A stretch of DNA of 64,000 nucleotides from Abditibacterium sp. (lineage in GTDB: Bacteria; Armatimonadota; Abditibacteriia; Abditibacteriales; Abditibacteriaceae), in contig CBDASK010000003.1 of the NCBI GenBank assembly GCA_965199495.1, positions 4,160,001-4,224,000 of the forward strand, written 5' to 3'. Positions 1-10,588 of this stretch are shown here, one piece after another. The notes below the pieces were generated by a model that worked only from the letters and a program-made list of their open reading frames with translations, was not told the DNA's origin and did not search any database. The translations under genes and the position numbers were made by a program. Position 1 is the stretch's first letter. Each line of letters starts with the position of its first letter.

Positions 1-216
1 CCACGGCGACGAAGCCGAAGTTTTCGTAAACGTCGAGTTCTAAGCCGGGCGCCAAAAGCGGTTGCAGCGTTTCGCGCGGCAGGGCGTAGGCCAAAACCAG
101 ACAATGCTCGAAGTGCGCGCTGACGGGAAACGGGTGGCGTTTGAGACGGTGAAACACGGATGATATTTTAACGCGATGAAGCAGGATTGCTGAGTTTCGA
201 TTTAACTATGGGGCAC

Positions 217-858
217 ATGAAATCCCCCTCGATTTTTCGCGCCGCCCTCATCGCTGGTTTTGCCGCCGCCATTTTGCCCTCGATTGCTCACGCGCAAAGC
301 CGTTCGCCGCGCATTGGCGCCGATGTCGGTTATTCTTATTTGCTCGATTCCAAAGCGCGGAGTGTTTTTGGTTCGGGCGTCACCGATATTGGGTTGGGCT
401 TTGGCAACATTTCGCCTTCCGTGGATGGGAAAACGGGGTTGGACGTTTCGATTTTGCGGCCCAGACAGACCGAGAACGGCATCAAATCCGACGCCTTAGT
501 AATTTCGGCTGGCCCCGAAATTCGCAAGTTGTATCTGCCCGGCTTTAACCGCGCGATGGGGCAACCGCAGCAGCAATTGCCGCCGAGCGTGTTTCCGCCC
601 GGCACGAAAATGCCGAAACAAATCGGCGGCTTACCCTCGACTTTGCCTTATTATGGCGCCAGCCTCAACCTGGTTTACGCGCAAGTGGATGCGCCCTCGG
701 AGGGCGTGGACGGCAACGGATTTGGCGTCGGCGGTAGCGTGTTCGCGGGCATTTCGTTCAATGATCGCTTCTATTTGGAAGGCCGCGTGCGCGCCAACTC
801 GGCGGTTAAAGGTTTCAACTTCTCGCGCGCCGGAATCACGGCGGGCATTCGTTTTTAA
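217..858 (+). CDS. secreted/outer-membrane beta-barrel-like protein
   Basis: Signal-peptide-like N-terminus (..AHA/Q), amphipathic strands, C-terminal ..AGIRF; start could be 208 or 217. Confidence 0.6.
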   Translation: MKSPSIFRAALIAGFAAAILPSIAHAQSRSPRIGADVGYSYLLDSKARSVFGSGVTDIGLGFGNISPSVDGKTGLDVSILRPRQTENGIKSDALVISAGPEIRKLYLPGFNRAMGQPQQQLPPSVFPPGTKMPKQIGGLPSTLPYYGASLNLVYAQVDAPSEGVDGNGFGVGGSVFAGISFNDRFYLEGRVRANSAVKGFNFSRAGITAGIRF

Positions 859-869
859 GGGTTTCAAAT

Positions 870-1574
870 ATGGCCACTCAAACCCTCAATACCGGCGCCC
901 GTTTGACGCCGTTTTTGCTGCCGCAACCCGCGCGCATCGGAATGTTAGTTTTGCCGGGCGGCGGCTACCAAAATCTGGCGACCGACCACGAAGGCCAGCA
1001 GATTTGCCAATGGCTCAATGCGCGCGGCACCGATGCGTGGATGCTCGAATATCACGTCGCTTTCACAACTCCTGCGCCGTTATTGAACAAACCGCTTGAC
1101 GATGTCGGCGCGGCGGTCAAGGCGGTGCGCGCCGACAAGCGCAACCAAAAGTTAGGCATCTGGGGATTTTCGGCGGGTGGTCATCTGGCGGCGATGGCAG
1201 CCACGGCGCCCGCATTGAAATTCGATTTAGCGATTTTGGCTTATCCGGTCATCGAAGTGAGCGGCTCGCTGGCTCATAAGGGTTCGGCGGATAATCTCAT
1301 TGGCCAAAATCCAACGCCGCTGCAAATCGAAGCGTATTCGCCGCTACGCCGCGTGTCGCTCGATACGCCGCCGACGTTTCTGTTTTCGACCTCGGAAGAT
1401 ACGACGGTGCCGCCGCAAAACTCGCTGTTGATGGCGCAGGCGTTGGCCGATCATCGCGTGCCGTTCGAGATTCACGTCTATGAAAAGGGCGGGCACGGCG
1501 TGGGATTGGCTTTGAATAATCCTTATTTGAAAAGTTGGAGCGAGCGTTTGGAAGCGTGGCTTTCGCTGCGTTAA
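870..1574 (+). CDS. alpha/beta hydrolase (acetyl esterase/lipase family)
   Basis: PGGGY oxyanion motif, GFSAGG nucleophile elbow, D..V and GGHG catalytic motifs. Confidence 0.9.
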   Translation: MATQTLNTGARLTPFLLPQPARIGMLVLPGGGYQNLATDHEGQQICQWLNARGTDAWMLEYHVAFTTPAPLLNKPLDDVGAAVKAVRADKRNQKLGIWGFSAGGHLAAMAATAPALKFDLAILAYPVIEVSGSLAHKGSADNLIGQNPTPLQIEAYSPLRRVSLDTPPTFLFSTSEDTTVPPQNSLLMAQALADHRVPFEIHVYEKGGHGVGLALNNPYLKSWSERLEAWLSLR

Positions 1575-1650
1575 GTCAATCGCGCGAAATCCGCCGAATT
1601 TGGCTGTTATACTGCCCGGTTGTTTCCCCGCAAACAACTAAGGTAATATC

Positions 1651-3018
1651 GTGTCCCATCTTCAAAATGGCAACGGCCATCATCCCGAACACACTTCGGA
1701 GTTCGACATCAAGTCGATTCCCGAAATCAAAATTCCGCCCCGCGTTTTGATGGGCGCCGGGCCTTCGGCCTCGTATCCCGAAGCCCTGCGCGCGATGGGC
1801 GCCAACACTCTGGGCCATCTCGACCCCGAATTTTTGGGCATCATGAACAACGTCGGCGCCATGCTGCGTCGCGTTTTCAAAACGAACAATCCCATCACCG
1901 GCGCCGTGCCCGCGACTGGAACTGGCGGCATGGAAGCGGCTTTGTGTAACCTCATCGAGCCGGGCGACGAAGTTTTGTGTTTGGTTTTTGGCTATTTTTC
2001 CAACCGCATGAAGCAGATGTCGGAGCGCATGGGCGCCGTCGTCACCGTTATCGAGCGTCCGTGGGGCACCGTTTTCACGCCCGAAGAAGTCGAAACCGCG
2101 CTCAAAGGCATGAAAAAGCCGAAATTGGTTTCGGTCGTTCACGCCGAAACTTCGACCGGCATTTTGCAGCCGATTGACGAAATCACCAAACTCGCGCATA
2201 AATACGGCGCTTTGGTTGTCGTTGACGCCGTGACGAGTTTGGCCGGTTGTCCTTTGCTCGTTGACGAATGGGATTTGGACGCCGTCTTTTCAGGCACGCA
2301 AAAATGTATCGGTGCGCCTCCCGGTCTGTCGCCGATCACGTTCAGCCCGCGCGCGATGGACGCGATTCGCGAGCGCAAAGTGCCCGTGCAAAGTTGGTAT
2401 TTCGATATGTCGCTGGTCGAAACGTATTGGGGCGATACCGGCGGCGGGCGCGCTTATCATTACACCGCGCCCTCCAATGCGCTGTTCGGTTTGCACGAAG
2501 CGTTGCGTCTGACGCTTTTGGAAGGTTTGGAGAATCGCTGGGCGCGCCACGAACTGCACTCCAAAGCGATTATGGCCGGTTTGCTTGAACTCGGTTTGGA
2601 ACCGTTCGCGCAGGAAGGCCATCGTCTGTGGCAAATCAACGCCGTCAAAGTGCCCGACGGTTTGGACGACCAATTGATGCGCACTCGGTTGTTGCGCGAA
2701 TACAACATCGAAATCGGCGCCGGTCTTGGCCCGGTCAAAGGCCAGATTTGGCGTATCGGCGTAATGGGTTATTCGGCCAATCGCTCCAACATTTTGTTGG
2801 TGCTTCAAGCGATGGAAGACATTCTGCGCGACATGAATTATCCGGTGAAATCGGGCGCCGCCAACGACGCCGCGCAAAACGTTTATCACGAACACGACCG
2901 CCAGAACAAAATGAAACCGCGCCCAAAAATCGAATTGCAAACCGCGCCGGACGACGAAAACGTCGGCGAATCTATTCCGTCGGAAAGCGTCGCGCGCGGC
3001 GTGGCTCATCGTGGGTAG
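1651..3018 (+). CDS. alanine-glyoxylate/serine-pyruvate aminotransferase (class V PLP)
   Basis: GAGPS, HAETSTG, VDAVTS, SGTQKC (PLP Lys) and WRIGVMG motifs; GTG start. Confidence 0.92.
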   Translation: MSHLQNGNGHHPEHTSEFDIKSIPEIKIPPRVLMGAGPSASYPEALRAMGANTLGHLDPEFLGIMNNVGAMLRRVFKTNNPITGAVPATGTGGMEAALCNLIEPGDEVLCLVFGYFSNRMKQMSERMGAVVTVIERPWGTVFTPEEVETALKGMKKPKLVSVVHAETSTGILQPIDEITKLAHKYGALVVVDAVTSLAGCPLLVDEWDLDAVFSGTQKCIGAPPGLSPITFSPRAMDAIRERKVPVQSWYFDMSLVETYWGDTGGGRAYHYTAPSNALFGLHEALRLTLLEGLENRWARHELHSKAIMAGLLELGLEPFAQEGHRLWQINAVKVPDGLDDQLMRTRLLREYNIEIGAGLGPVKGQIWRIGVMGYSANRSNILLVLQAMEDILRDMNYPVKSGAANDAAQNVYHEHDRQNKMKPRPKIELQTAPDDENVGESIPSESVARGVAHRG

Positions 3019-3034
3019 GGCAGGTTCAATTGGT

Positions 3035-3070
3035 AAAACGCGGGAGAATTTCGCTTCTCCCGCGTTTTTT
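3035..3070 (+). terminator. intrinsic terminator
   Basis: AAAACGCGGGAGAA / TTCTCCCGCGTTTTTT hairpin just after the stop codon. Confidence 0.8.
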
Positions 3071-3076
3071 GGTTTG

Positions 3077-3284
3077 TTTGGTAATTTCTTTCTGCGCGAG
3101 CGACTGTTGCATCTTGATTGTCTAATGCGGAAATGTAGGGGCGGGGTTCTCCCGCCCAAAATGTCAATGCGACATCGAACTTAATCTGGGGGCAATACGT
3201 TCCGGGCGGGAGAACCCCGCCCCTACATTTCCGCATTAGACAATCAAGATGCAACAGTCGCTCGCGCAGAAAGAAATTACCAAA
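3077..3284. repeat. 81-bp perfect inverted repeat with GTAG-type REP core
   Basis: Arms 3077-3157 and 3204-3284, 46-bp spacer; inner end of each arm is GTAG-GGGCGGG-GTTCT-CCCGCCC. Confidence 0.9.
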
Positions 3285-3327
3285 ACCCCGCCACGGAAAA
3301 CGGCCCTATACTCCTTCTCCCAATTTT

Positions 3328-4602
3328 ATGACCCAAGAACGCAACTGGCGCGATGAAGCCATTGATGAATCGCTTGGCGGTTTCAATTACGAGAATCATA
3401 TCGAGGCGATGATGGCGGCGATTCGCCGCTCGCAGCCATCTTGGCCGACCAACATCGTGCAGGCCAATCGTCCGCGTTCGCTCGATTTCTTGCGCGAAAA
3501 CTGCGCCGATGTGCGCTCACTTTTGAGCGCACCGCACGCTTTTACCGGCGACGACGATGACGAGGGCGACGAAGTCTGGGCCGATTGGGTTGAGGTCGAG
3601 TGGCAAGGCAGCCACGTCGAGTTGGTCTATTTGGGCGGCGAGTATAATTCGCGCATTATTTGTTTGTCGCCCGATGGAGATGTCGAAAAATTGGCGCAGT
3701 TCGCGCGCGCGATGCAAGATTTCGCGGCGCGTCCGGCCAATCGCAGCCTAATTTTTAACGCCGGTTGGGAAGACGCGCCGCACTTGGACTCCGAGTTGGG
3801 TCGCGTGACGTGGGACGATATTACTTTGCCCGACAACATTTTGCGCGATTTGCGCGAAGCCGTCGAAGGCTTTTTCGCGCAACGCGAAATTATCGAATCG
3901 TTTGGTTTTACGTGGAAACGAGGCGTTTTGTTGGTCGGCCCGCCGGGAACTGGCAAAACGATGGTTTGTAAAGCCGCCGCCGCGTCGTTGCCCGATTTGC
4001 CGTTTTTGTATGTGCGCAGCTTGGACGGCTACAATCCCATCGGCCAAGTTTTCGCGCGCGCGCGCAAGTTGGCGCCGTGCATCGTGGCGTTCGAGGATAT
4101 TGACGGTTTAATTTCTGCCGAAAATCGCACGGTTTTCCTCAACGAAATGGACGGTTTCGCTTCCAACGAAGGTTTGCTAATTATCGCCAGTTCCAATCAT
4201 CCCGGCAAAATTGACGAGGCGCTTCTCAAGCGTCCGTCGCGTTTTGATCGCGTGTTTCATCTGGGCTTGCCCGAAAAAGAGGAGCGCCGCGCGTTTTGTG
4301 AGCATCTGCTGCACCGTTCGAGTTTGACCGAGCGCCTGACGCCCGATTTCGATAGCGAATCATTGGCGCAGCAAGTCGCCGATAAAACCGATGGTTTTAC
4401 TCCGGCTTATCTCAAAGAAGCATTTCTGGCGGCAGCGCTAAGCCGCGCGCACGCGGGCGAAACGCAGTTGGATCAGGGTTATTTCGACGCGGTGTTGGAG
4501 CAGGTCGAAGAATTGAAATCGCATCTGAAACGCTTGAAAGACCCCGATGCGCTCGCCGAAATGCGTTCGGGCAACGAGTCAATTGGGTTTCGCGGACGCT
4601 AA
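3328..4602 (+). CDS. AAA+ ATPase
   Basis: Walker A GPPGTGKT, Walker B AFEDID, SRH region SSNHP..IDEALLKRPSRFDR. Confidence 0.92.
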   Translation: MTQERNWRDEAIDESLGGFNYENHIEAMMAAIRRSQPSWPTNIVQANRPRSLDFLRENCADVRSLLSAPHAFTGDDDDEGDEVWADWVEVEWQGSHVELVYLGGEYNSRIICLSPDGDVEKLAQFARAMQDFAARPANRSLIFNAGWEDAPHLDSELGRVTWDDITLPDNILRDLREAVEGFFAQREIIESFGFTWKRGVLLVGPPGTGKTMVCKAAAASLPDLPFLYVRSLDGYNPIGQVFARARKLAPCIVAFEDIDGLISAENRTVFLNEMDGFASNEGLLIIASSNHPGKIDEALLKRPSRFDRVFHLGLPEKEERRAFCEHLLHRSSLTERLTPDFDSESLAQQVADKTDGFTPAYLKEAFLAAALSRAHAGETQLDQGYFDAVLEQVEELKSHLKRLKDPDALAEMRSGNESIGFRGR

Positions 4603-5043
4603 ATTATTCGCTGTGTTCTGACCGGGCAACAGGTCGAGGCAAGACCAACCGGCGCTTAATAGCAGGATTAATTTGACGAGTTCCAAACCGATATAAATCC
4701 AGTGAAATGGAGCGGGCGGTGGCTGCTGCCCGGCCAGAATTTGCGTGACGCGCGCATCCAAAGTTGGAAGCAGCCACGCGCTCTGTAGAGCGACGATAGC
4801 GGCGACTGCCAACAACTTGAACATCAGGGCGCGCGATGGGCGCAGACGAAGTAAAATCGTGACAGCAAGGATGGCCGCCGCGATTTCGACTTTGTTGAGG
4901 GCGCCAAAAACGTGGCGACCCACATCCAGCCCGATGGCCAGGATGACGCTGGGCGCGGTGAACTTGACGGGCGTTTCTAAAAACGAAATGCCCGCCACCA
5001 AACCCGCCCAGATCAAACACAAAGCTGCCAGCGCTTTCATCAC
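4579..5043 (-). CDS. DUF4149-like membrane protein
   Basis: Four hydrophobic segments; ISFLETPVKFTAP and H..YIGLELVK motifs. Confidence 0.7.
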   Translation of the reverse strand: MMKALAALCLIWAGLVAGISFLETPVKFTAPSVILAIGLDVGRHVFGALNKVEIAAAILAVTILLRLRPSRALMFKLLAVAAIVALQSAWLLPTLDARVTQILAGQQPPPAPFHWIYIGLELVKLILLLSAGWSCLDLLPGQNTANNLASAKPN

Positions 5044-5435
5044 GCGGTTTTCTCCAAGGTCACCGTTAGCAGCATAGTGCCCGCCGTGCGCGCGGTCACG
5101 TTATGGCGCACGCCCGGCCACAAAACTAACATCGCATCGGTCGTCAACTGATGCGTTTCGTCGGGCGTCGCGATCTCGAAATCGCCTTCGATAATTTGAA
5201 TCGTCACCAAACCCCGCGCCGAATGTTCGGGCATCGATCCGCCAGATTCAAAGGCAAAAGCGACCATCGTCACGGCGCCGTGTTGCAGCAGCGTGATCTG
5301 GCGATGCCCACTTTGTCCGTCGTGAACTTCGGCGCGCAAATCTTGCGCGATTCGCTTCAAATCAAAGGCATGCTGCGGCCCGGCGAAACGCTGAACTGGT
5401 GGCACGCGCAGACGGGATTCATCGGAATTATTCAT
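5040..5435 (-). CDS. cupin domain protein
   Basis: MPEHSA..TIQIIEG and PGVRHNVTA cupin motifs; 4-nt overlap with the downstream gene. Confidence 0.85.
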   Translation of the reverse strand: MNNSDESRLRVPPVQRFAGPQHAFDLKRIAQDLRAEVHDGQSGHRQITLLQHGAVTMVAFAFESGGSMPEHSARGLVTIQIIEGDFEIATPDETHQLTTDAMLVLWPGVRHNVTARTAGTMLLTVTLEKTA

Positions 5436-5498
5436 GAGAGTTTTTATTTCCTTGGCGCTACGGAGTTTACGCGCAAACCATAAACCCCGCCGCGTCCG

Positions 5499-7292
5499 TT
5501 AAGAAACCAAATCGCTTTTTCGCTCGGTCTCGCTGACTGCTTCGCCATTGGGTTCGCTGACATCGCGCCCGCTTTCCGCCGCGTAAATGCGCTCGCGCAC
5601 TTCCTCGACAATCGCCTGCTCGCGCTCGTAACGGCGCTCCGATTCGACGGCGTCATAGGCATACGGGCCGCAGGTGACAATCGGAATTTTCTCGAAATTA
5701 AGTGTCGGCGGCGGCGACTGCATCTGCCATTCCAAACCGGTTGCGCCCCACGGATTGGCGGGCGCGCGTGGCCCATATTTTAGCGACCACAACAAATAGA
5801 AAAACGGCAGGGCAAAACCGACCGCCAAAATTGTCGCGCCCGCGCTCGACATGACGTTAAGGAACTGCATTTCGGGCGGATAAGCGTGATAGCGGCGGTG
5901 CATGCCCCACATGCCCAGCAGAAACTGCGGGAAAAACGTCAGGTTGAAGCCGATAAACAAGATCATCGCCGCGACTTTGCCCCACGTTTCGCTATACATA
6001 CGGCCCGTCATTTTGGGCCACCAGAAGTGCAAACCCGCCAAATAAGCCGACAATGTGCCGCCAACCATTACATAATGAAAATGCGCGATAATGAAATAGG
6101 TGTCGTGCAGATAAATGTCGGTCGCGAGCGCCGCGCAGTGAAGTCCCGTCAGGCCGCCAATGGCGAACAGGCCCATGAAGGCAATCGTATACCACATCGG
6201 GACGGTGAGTTGAATCGAGCCTTTATACATCGTCGCCGTCCAGTTGAAGGTTTTGACCGCCGAGGGAATGGAAACCATAAACGAAAGCAGCGAAAAAACC
6301 ATGCTGGCATAAGGCGATTGGCCCGCCACAAACATATGGTGCGCCCACACCAAAAAGCTGAGGATTGCGATGGCCAACGACGAGAACGCCACGAATTTGT
6401 AACCGTAAATTGGCTTGCGCGAGAAACAGGAGAGAACTTCCGAGATGCACGCGAACGCTGGCAAAACCATGATGTAAACGGCGGGGTGCGAGTAGAACCA
6501 GAACATGTGCTGGAACAATACCGGGTCGCCGCCCAGTTTCGGATCGAAAATCCCCACGCCCAATAATTTCTCGATGATGACACAAATCAGCGTGATCGCC
6601 ACGACCGGCGTGCCCAAAACCTGAATCAAACTCGCCGCGTAAATTGACCACACGAACAACGGCAGCCGAAACCATGTCAGGCCGGGCGCGCGCATTTTGT
6701 GGATGGTGACGATGAAGTTGAGGCCCGTTAGAATCGAAGAGACGCCCGCCAGAAAGGCGCCGATGATGACCCACACCACCATGTTGTTGGAATAGGTCGA
6801 GGAAAGTGGCGCATAAAATGTCCAGCCGGTATCCACGCCGCCCGATAGCATCGCGACAACAGCCACCGATGCGCCCGCAATATAAAAATAAAACGAGAGC
6901 ATATTGAGCTTGGGAAATGCGACATCGCGCGCGCCCAGCATCAGGGGAATCAGGAAGTTACCCAACACCGCAGGAATGGCCGGAATCAAAAAGAAAAAGA
7001 CCATGATGATTCCGTGCGCGGTGAAGGCGCGGTTATAGGTATCGGCGCCCAACAGACCCTGCGGCTCGATGAGGTTGTAGCGCACCATGCCCGCCGCCAA
7101 ACTGCCGACGATGAAGAAAATGGAAACCATCACCAGATACATCATGGCGATGCGCTTGTGATCGAGAGTGTAAATCCACGATTTCCACGAGAAATCGTTG
7201 TTGAGATAGGTCTCCTGCGGCGCCTCCTCGTTCAGCGTGAGCGGCGTTTCGGCGGGCGCGAGCGGAGTGGGATTTTTGAAGGCTTCGGTCAT
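5499..7292 (-). CDS. ctaD: cytochrome c oxidase subunit I (A2 type)
   Basis: [24 protein letters not shown] and MHRRY motifs; D-channel Asp (GARDVAFP) and K-channel Lys present. Confidence 0.96.
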   Translation of the reverse strand: MTEAFKNPTPLAPAETPLTLNEEAPQETYLNNDFSWKSWIYTLDHKRIAMMYLVMVSIFFIVGSLAAGMVRYNLIEPQGLLGADTYNRAFTAHGIIMVFFFLIPAIPAVLGNFLIPLMLGARDVAFPKLNMLSFYFYIAGASVAVVAMLSGGVDTGWTFYAPLSSTYSNNMVVWVIIGAFLAGVSSILTGLNFIVTIHKMRAPGLTWFRLPLFVWSIYAASLIQVLGTPVVAITLICVIIEKLLGVGIFDPKLGGDPVLFQHMFWFYSHPAVYIMVLPAFACISEVLSCFSRKPIYGYKFVAFSSLAIAILSFLVWAHHMFVAGQSPYASMVFSLLSFMVSIPSAVKTFNWTATMYKGSIQLTVPMWYTIAFMGLFAIGGLTGLHCAALATDIYLHDTYFIIAHFHYVMVGGTLSAYLAGLHFWWPKMTGRMYSETWGKVAAMILFIGFNLTFFPQFLLGMWGMHRRYHAYPPEMQFLNVMSSAGATILAVGFALPFFYLLWSLKYGPRAPANPWGATGLEWQMQSPPPTLNFEKIPIVTCGPYAYDAVESERRYEREQAIVEEVRERIYAAESGRDVSEPNGEAVSETERKSDLVS

Positions 7293-7356
7293 AAAAGCGA
7301 GTCCTCTGTCGGAATCGCTTTGAAGTGTGGGCGCGCCGTGGCTGCTAATTCATCCG

Positions 7357-8061
7357 CTAAACGGCGGATTGAGAACGTTCGTTGTTGACTTCGATTAAAC
7401 CCTGGCGCGCCGCCCACACTGCGGCCTGTACGCGATCCGACACGCCCAATTTGCCGATGATGTGTTCGACATGTGTTTTGATGGTGGATTCGGCGACGAA
7501 TAGAATCGCGGCGATTTCGCGGTTGGATAGGCCGGTGGCTAAGAGTTGCAAAACCTGCGTTTCGCGTTGCGAGAGCGGCGAAATCAGTTGCGATGAATCA
7601 ATCGTGCGCGCGTCGAGGCTGTGGAGCGAGCGGCCCAGTTCCTCGCGCGAGAGCAGCATCTCGCCGCCAGCCACGGCGCGCAGGGCGCATAAAAATTCGT
7701 CGAGTTGAACGCCCTTGAGCAGGTAACCCGCCGCGCCACCCGCGACCGCGCGCGCCAGATAAGTCGGATTGTCGTAAGTCGTCAGCATCACGACGGCGGT
7801 GCGCGGCAATTCGCTTTTAATTTTCGCCAGCGCTTCCAAGCCATCGCCGCCCGCCATGCGAATATCGAGCAAAACGATGTCGGGCCGTTTGGCGCGCGCC
7901 AATTCGATGGCTTCGCGGCCCGACGCGGCTTCGCCCACGATTTGGAATTCGGTGTCTTCGAGTAACGAACGCACGCCGCCGCGCCAAATCGCGTGATCGT
8001 CGGCCAAAACGACGGTGACTGTTGGACTTTGGGACATAGATTGGCGCGGCAGAATTCTCAT
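7357..8061 (-). CDS. NarL/DosR-family response regulator
   Basis: Receiver domain (ADDH, LLDIRM, GYLLK) plus LuxR HTH (LSQRE..GLSNREIA..TIKTH). Confidence 0.93.
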   Translation of the reverse strand: MRILPRQSMSQSPTVTVVLADDHAIWRGGVRSLLEDTEFQIVGEAASGREAIELARAKRPDIVLLDIRMAGGDGLEALAKIKSELPRTAVVMLTTYDNPTYLARAVAGGAAGYLLKGVQLDEFLCALRAVAGGEMLLSREELGRSLHSLDARTIDSSQLISPLSQRETQVLQLLATGLSNREIAAILFVAESTIKTHVEHIIGKLGVSDRVQAAVWAARQGLIEVNNERSQSAV

Positions 8062-9245
8062 TAAGTTGACGATGAATTGACGCGAAAACGTGCGCTAATC
8101 CCCGTGCCTTCGCCGGGCGCCGATTTTACCTGCAACTCGCCATCCAACAGGCGCGCGCGCTCGGCCATGCCCGCCAATCCGACGCGGCCATTTTCGCCCG
8201 TCAATTTTTCGGGCGAAAACCCGATGCCCCAGTCGCGCACCCGCAAAGTCAATTCGTCGTTTTCGCGTTGCAAAGCAACTTCGGTGCGCTGGGTTTGCGC
8301 GTATTTGCGCGCGTTGGTCAGGGCTTCCTGCGCGATACGATAGACCGTGGTTTCCAGATTTTTATCGAAGCGCTCGTCGCCGACATTACACAGCCACGTC
8401 GCCTCCCATCCCGCGCTCGTCGCTTCTTCTTCGAGCAATTGACTCAGCGCCTGCACCAAACCTAAATCGTCGAGTGCGAGCGGGCGCAACCCATTAATGA
8501 GGCGCCGCGATTCGGCGACGGCGTCGCGCAAGTAGCGCGTGCCGGTTTCCCATTCGCGCGCGGCGCGCTCGCCTTGGCCCTGCGATTGAGCGCGCCCAAA
8601 GGCTTCCAAGTGCGCGTGGCTGGCCATCACCAGTTGCGTCAGGCCGTCGTGTAAATCGTAGGCGACGGCGCGGCGTTCTTCTTCCTGTGCGGTGATTAAT
8701 CCCGACACCAGACCGCGCTGGCGTTCGAGCATCTGCAAATTATAAATCGCAATCGCCGCGTGCGCGCCCAACGCCTGCACCGCCGTTTCGTCGGCGGGCG
8801 TGAACGCGCCGCCGCCCGTTTTGTTGGTCAAATACAAACTGCCAATCACGGTTTCACCGCGTCGAATTGGCACGCCTAAAAATGAACTCATCGGCGGATG
8901 GTTGGGCGGAAAACCAACCGACGCCGGATGATCCGCCAACACATCAATGCGCAACGGCTCGGCGCGTTCGAGCAGTAAACCCAGCACGCCCGCGCCGTGC
9001 GGCAACTCGCCGATGGCGGCTTGTTGTGCGGGCGAAAGTCCGACGGCGATGAAGTGCGATAACACGGTTTCCTCGCCGCGCCGCACGCCCAGCGCCGCGT
9101 ATTGCGCGCCCGCCAAAACGCGCGCGGCCTCGGCGATGCGTCGTAGCGCTTCGAGGCCCGATTGCGATGTCAAAATATCCAATGCCACGCGATTGGCGGT
9201 TTCCAGAACGAGCGCGCGCTGATTGTTGAGAGTTGCTTCAGGCAT
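8061..9245 (-). CDS. GAF-domain HisKA_3 sensor kinase, DosS/DevS-like
   Basis: GAF motif HPASVGFPPNHPPM..FLGVPI..GSLYLTNK; H-box EERRAVAYDLHD; QEALTNARKY, DWGIGF, GLAGM. Confidence 0.9.
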   Translation of the reverse strand: MPEATLNNQRALVLETANRVALDILTSQSGLEALRRIAEAARVLAGAQYAALGVRRGEETVLSHFIAVGLSPAQQAAIGELPHGAGVLGLLLERAEPLRIDVLADHPASVGFPPNHPPMSSFLGVPIRRGETVIGSLYLTNKTGGGAFTPADETAVQALGAHAAIAIYNLQMLERQRGLVSGLITAQEEERRAVAYDLHDGLTQLVMASHAHLEAFGRAQSQGQGERAAREWETGTRYLRDAVAESRRLINGLRPLALDDLGLVQALSQLLEEEATSAGWEATWLCNVGDERFDKNLETTVYRIAQEALTNARKYAQTQRTEVALQRENDELTLRVRDWGIGFSPEKLTGENGRVGLAGMAERARLLDGELQVKSAPGEGTGISARFRVNSSST

Positions 9246-9285
9246 AAGTAGTGCGGAAGATATTTTTCGGCATCAGCCAACGTTT

Positions 9286-9398
9286 CAATGCGATATAAAA
9301 TCGCAGCCAAGAAAGTGCTCGGCCTTCGCCGACAACGGCCCATGACACTTGTCGGCGAAGGCCGACCACTTTCTTGGCTGCGATTTTATATCGCATTG
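9286..9398. repeat. 50-bp inverted repeat with GTGG-type REP core
   Basis: Arms 9286-9335 and 9349-9398 (1 mismatch); core GTGG-TCGGC-CTTC-GCCGA. Confidence 0.85.
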
Positions 9399-9546
9399 GG
9401 GCACACGCAAAATACCGCTTTTCTTTCTTCCGACTACTTAATTGGCTGGACTTGAGTTATTGCGAGCCAGTTTGCCAGCTACAAATACAAATCGGCTGTT
9501 TCGCGGATGAAAAATGCGCCCTGTTCGGGGATAATGAAAGTTAATC

Positions 9547-10581
9547 ATGCTTCAATCCCCAAAGGCTCCGCACGAAGTTTTGCACGAAATTTCGCAACGC
9601 GATTTTCCGTTTAGCGGGACGCCCGAAGAGCAAATCCGATTTCTGCTGCAGTTCGCGATTCTGGCGCCGTCGAGCCACAACACGCAACCGTGGTTGTGGG
9701 AAATCGAAGGCGATGAAGTGACGCTGCGCGCCGACCGTTCGCGTTTGATGCCCGCGCTTGATCCGCTTGGACGCGAACTGATCCTGAGTTGCGGCGCGGC
9801 GCTGGGCCATTTTCGATTGGCGGCGCGCTATTTTGGTTGCGCGGCGATTACTCAAATGTGGCCCGACGAAAACCAGCCCAATTTATTGTGTCGCGTGCGA
9901 ATTGTGCCGGGCCGTCCGCCGACCGACGACGACCAAGAATTGTTCTCGTTTGTCGCCAAACGCCACACGCATCGCGGCGAATTTGAAACGCGTGAATTAC
10001 CCGCTTCGTTGTTGCGCACTTTACAAAGCGACGCCGAATCCGAAGAAGCCACGCTGCACTTTGCGCGCGACGAAGAACAGCGCCAATCGTTGGCCCGGCT
10101 CATCGAGCGCGGCGATGTTGAGCAAAACCGTGATGGCGCCGTGCGCCGCGACGTGGCTGATTGGATGTCGCCGCCCGGCGCGCGCCGCGATGGAATCCCG
10201 ACGAGTGCGCTGGGCATTCCCGATTGGCGCGCGCAGACCGCGCCGCTCGCGCAGCGTTATTTCGATCTGGGCGAGGCGACCGCGCAAAAAGATAAATCTC
10301 TGGCGATGGGCGCGCCGGTTCTCACTGTTTTAAGCACATCGGGCGATGACGAGCGGGCGTGGCTGCGCGCCGGTCAAGCGCTGGGCCGCGTGTTGTTGCG
10401 CGCACGTTCGGAAAATGTGTGGGCCAGCTTTTTCAGCCAGCCGGTTCAGGTGGACGGCGCGTGGAGCGAATTGCGCTCCCTGCTGGGATTGCACGATTAT
10501 CCGCAACTGGTGTTTCGTCTGGGCTACGCGTCGCCCGTAGCAGCCACGCCGCGTCGCCCGGTCGAAGAAGTTATCGTCTGA
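9547..10581 (+). CDS. Acg-family FMN-binding nitroreductase-like protein
   Basis: APSSHNTQPW, DP.GRE..LSCGAAL, KRHTHR, WLRAGQAL and QLVFRLGY..TPRR motifs. Confidence 0.9.
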   Translation: MLQSPKAPHEVLHEISQRDFPFSGTPEEQIRFLLQFAILAPSSHNTQPWLWEIEGDEVTLRADRSRLMPALDPLGRELILSCGAALGHFRLAARYFGCAAITQMWPDENQPNLLCRVRIVPGRPPTDDDQELFSFVAKRHTHRGEFETRELPASLLRTLQSDAESEEATLHFARDEEQRQSLARLIERGDVEQNRDGAVRRDVADWMSPPGARRDGIPTSALGIPDWRAQTAPLAQRYFDLGEATAQKDKSLAMGAPVLTVLSTSGDDERAWLRAGQALGRVLLRARSENVWASFFSQPVQVDGAWSELRSLLGLHDYPQLVFRLGYASPVAATPRRPVEEVIV

Positions 10582-10588
10582 TAGCCGA

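Noticed and set aside
9245..9547. Mycobacterial DosR box between the kinase and acg
   Set aside because: No convincing GGGACTWWAGTCCC-like palindrome; the inverted repeat there looks REP-like.
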